Assembly (NCBI RefSeq): GCF_036321535.1
Contig: NC_087449.1
Coordinates: 62,620,001 to 62,684,000, forward strand
Reading direction: 5' to 3'
Length of the DNA stretch: 64,000 nt
DNA from: Camelus dromedarius
Lineage: Eukaryota
In this document: one piece after another, positions 61,481 to 64,000 of the stretch
Numbering within the stretch: the stretch's first letter is position 1
Layout: each line of letters begins with the position of its first letter
Notes under the pieces: model-generated
Databases searched by the model: none
Seen by the model: the letters and a program-made list of their open reading frames with translations, nothing else
What the model was told of the DNA's origin: nothing
Position numbers and translations under genes: made by a program

Positions 61481-63189
61481 CTCAAGGAAAGTTTATAAGT
61501 TAGTATGTTTTCCATAATGAAGGAGGGTATTTCAACCCTGTTCCTAAATCTTTTTCCTACTAATACCATTTGCATCAAGAAATAATATAAGGTCTTTATC
61601 CAATTCATAACAAACAAGACTGATTTAAAACAATGAAACGATGGCTAAAACTACAAAAGATAAAATGTACTCACTAAAAACCAACAGAAAATTCCTATCT
61701 CCTTGACAAAAATTTAGGTCTGTAGAATTTGAGCTGGGAAATGTGGGCTTGCTAGAAATAAATGCTCTAAAGCCAAAGAGAAAGAAAGAAACCTACCACA
61801 CAACTGCAAAAGTTATCAGTAAAAATCAGCATTTAGCTAACAATGAACCATGAATTCTAATCCCTTGCACAACAACTGACTTTGACGAAAAAACTTTTAT
61901 TTAAAAACAGGGAAATTATTAAAATATTTGCAGTCATAAGTATAGCATCAAAACATATGTGGGATCAAAAGAGTACCCAAGATCAAAAGCATCCTATATT
62001 GCCTTGACAAAGACACAAAGAGAGGGATGGAAAGTAGGACAGAACAGAGCAGAGGTTCCATTAGTGATGAGCAAAAGTGCTTCTCTTCTTTGCTGAAGAA
62101 ATTAAGTATGTTATCGGCTTTCTTCCTTTAGGAAGATGAGATGACAGCTGTACAGAGCAAACGTTGAGCTTCTACAGAGAAGAAAATGGAATCATTTGTT
62201 CTACTGTTAATATCTGAGATGTTCTTAGTTTGAAAAGAACTTTTTTTTTGAGAACTCTTCTTTTTTTTCCTATAACTATATGAAAATATTACATAATAAT
62301 CACAGATAGAAGGGAAATAGAACTCTTTGTAAGAGAGGGAATTTGTTCAATGGGCATCTCTCCAATTCTCTGGCTTTCAAAGAGGTGACAGGATCTTGTA
62401 GATATTCAAGTAATACCCAACTAGGGAAAAGAATGTTTTTTTCTGATTCATGCTGCAGAGAAAAATCTGTTCCTTCAACATGGCTTTGGAATTTGAAATG
62501 CTATGCACTTTTCTTAAAAAAATCATATTCCTAGAAAAGATTCGAGGAACAATCATCTTGCCATGGCCTTAGGAATGGAATCAGATCTTTAAGGTTCCAC
62601 TCAAAGGGTAAGAGTCATTTTGCCAAGATCCAGGCAAGGGAGTCATGGGATAGATGCTCACAGCTTGGTGGCCAACCCCTCAATCTCCTCACTTTAGATC
62701 TGGACTCCGTAAGCTGATTTCTGGGGGTTGGGGGATCAGAACGAAAGGCTAAGAGAAATACAGGGAATAAAGGGCATAAATTACCTTCTAGTTATATTTC
62801 CTGATGCTAATATTAAATAAGTTAAGAAACAGTGAAAAAATGTAATGAGAAATTCCAGAAGTTGATATGACAGACCTGAAATTAAAAATCTGCTGTGAAT
62901 AATCCACAACATTTACCCAGAGACAAGTAAGACATGTATGTCTGTTACCTTCTTATGTGACAGAATGAATTCCCTTTAAACTTCTCACTGAGTTTTCAGA
63001 TCTTCATCTTTTGTTCCTCAGGTCAGTGGGATGGGGAAAATGACTATCACCTTCTCATAGGTTAAAAAAAAAATAAATAAAACCAGCCAAAGTCCCTCTC
63101 AAGATCAACAGAGAAAAAGATTATTTAAAGGCAGGAATGAGATTAGAACCCAGATACCCTGTCTACCAGCCCTCAACGCATAACCTATG

Positions 63190-63350
63190 TCTACAATAAT
63201 GATTTATGATCTTTTGGGAGGCATGAACCTCTCTGTCAATCTAATAAAAACTTTAGATCCTTGCTCCAAGAAAATACACATGTATACAATATTTATAATT
63301 AATTTTAAGAGGTTTATGGAGCTTCTCCACTCCATTCAAAGCCTACTGAA
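63190..63350. mobile_element. Degenerate hAT-Charlie MITE (subfamily uncertain)
   Basis: catgaacctctctgtcaatctaataaaaactttagatcc...aagaaaatacacatgtatacaat...ttttaagaggtttatggag. Confidence 0.45.
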
Positions 63351-64000
63351 CCAAGATCAAAGCCCTATGGTCTTTGCAGCCAAATGGGGCTGGCTGGCTG
63401 GGGCTCGGCGAGGTGCACTTCTGTCTTGTTTGACCCCTTTCTTTAATCACTGGAACTCAGGCACTCTTTAAATGAACACTTCCCACAGGCCAACAGTTGA
63501 TTATTGTGGTCATTTGCACTTCCTTAAACTCTTCTTGTGTATACAGAAAAGCAAACAAAACATTACCCCAAAGCTACATTAAAGGTCTGATTTCAACCCA
63601 TGAAACTACAAGAAAATGGAGATCTTTAGCCAAACTACATACATGCAGTATCACAGATGACCTGAATGGGTATTTAGTAGACAGACCTGGCTTTTGGAGT
63701 GACTATTTCCAATATGAAGTGGTAATTTTAAGTTTCTTTGCTTTCTCATGATAGCTATATAGACTAATTGTTGTAACATATCCAGGGTTCCTGGTATCAA
63801 AATAGATTACATAGCAATTCATTTGAGTAGCAGTCTGTGGCGCCAATACTGATTAGCTTACAAAAGGCAAGAGAGATGCACATGGCAGGCAGGGTTCCTA
63901 CTCAAGAGACCTTGGGTCCTGGAAAACAGTACCTTTATGCAAATCTGACAGTATAAAGCATGATATCCAACAAAACACATGATTACTGCCACCCAAGCCT

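Larger units (their letters stand above)
1..64000 (-). other. VPS13D: Window lies within the VPS13D transcription unit (3' region; two very long introns around a pair of exons)
   Basis: Recognised VPS13D exon at 32653-32785 on the minus strand. No other gene's exons recognised. As recalled, the human gene has ~37-39 kb introns on either side of this exon pair, so the neighbouring exons would fall outside the window. Confidence 0.88.

Noticed and set aside
1-64000. CRISPR arrays, operons, snoRNA/snRNA/rRNA genes or a novel multi-gene system
   Set aside because: No regularly spaced repeat-spacer array and no recognisable RNA gene. The VPS13D-hosted SNORA59, as I recall, lies in a later intron outside this window. 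The DNA is eukaryotic intron.

Overview
Mammalian genomic DNA, most likely camelid (inferred from three Vic-1-like tRNA-derived SINEs). The window lies inside the 3' part of VPS13D on the minus strand and is almost entirely intronic. One 133-nt coding exon is directly readable (32653-32785, FAGTLSDGLGKTMDTRHQSEREYIRYHAATSGEHLVAGIHGLAH-G, canonical splice sites). The next, 196-nt exon is not visible anywhere. It fits almost exactly into the 212-nt N-run at 29781-29992, whose flanks look like a donor remnant and the start of a pyrimidine tract. The rest is ordinary intron: MIR, L2, old L1, hAT-Charlie fossils, one ERV1-like solo LTR with intact promoter motifs, a composite L1 insertion, a few CpG-rich patches and seven short N-runs. 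I found no convincing previously undescribed biological system. The listed ORFs look like chance ORFs. Repeat family names and human exon sizes and numbers are from memory of consensus sequences and gene structure, not from a search. Repeat boundaries are approximate.
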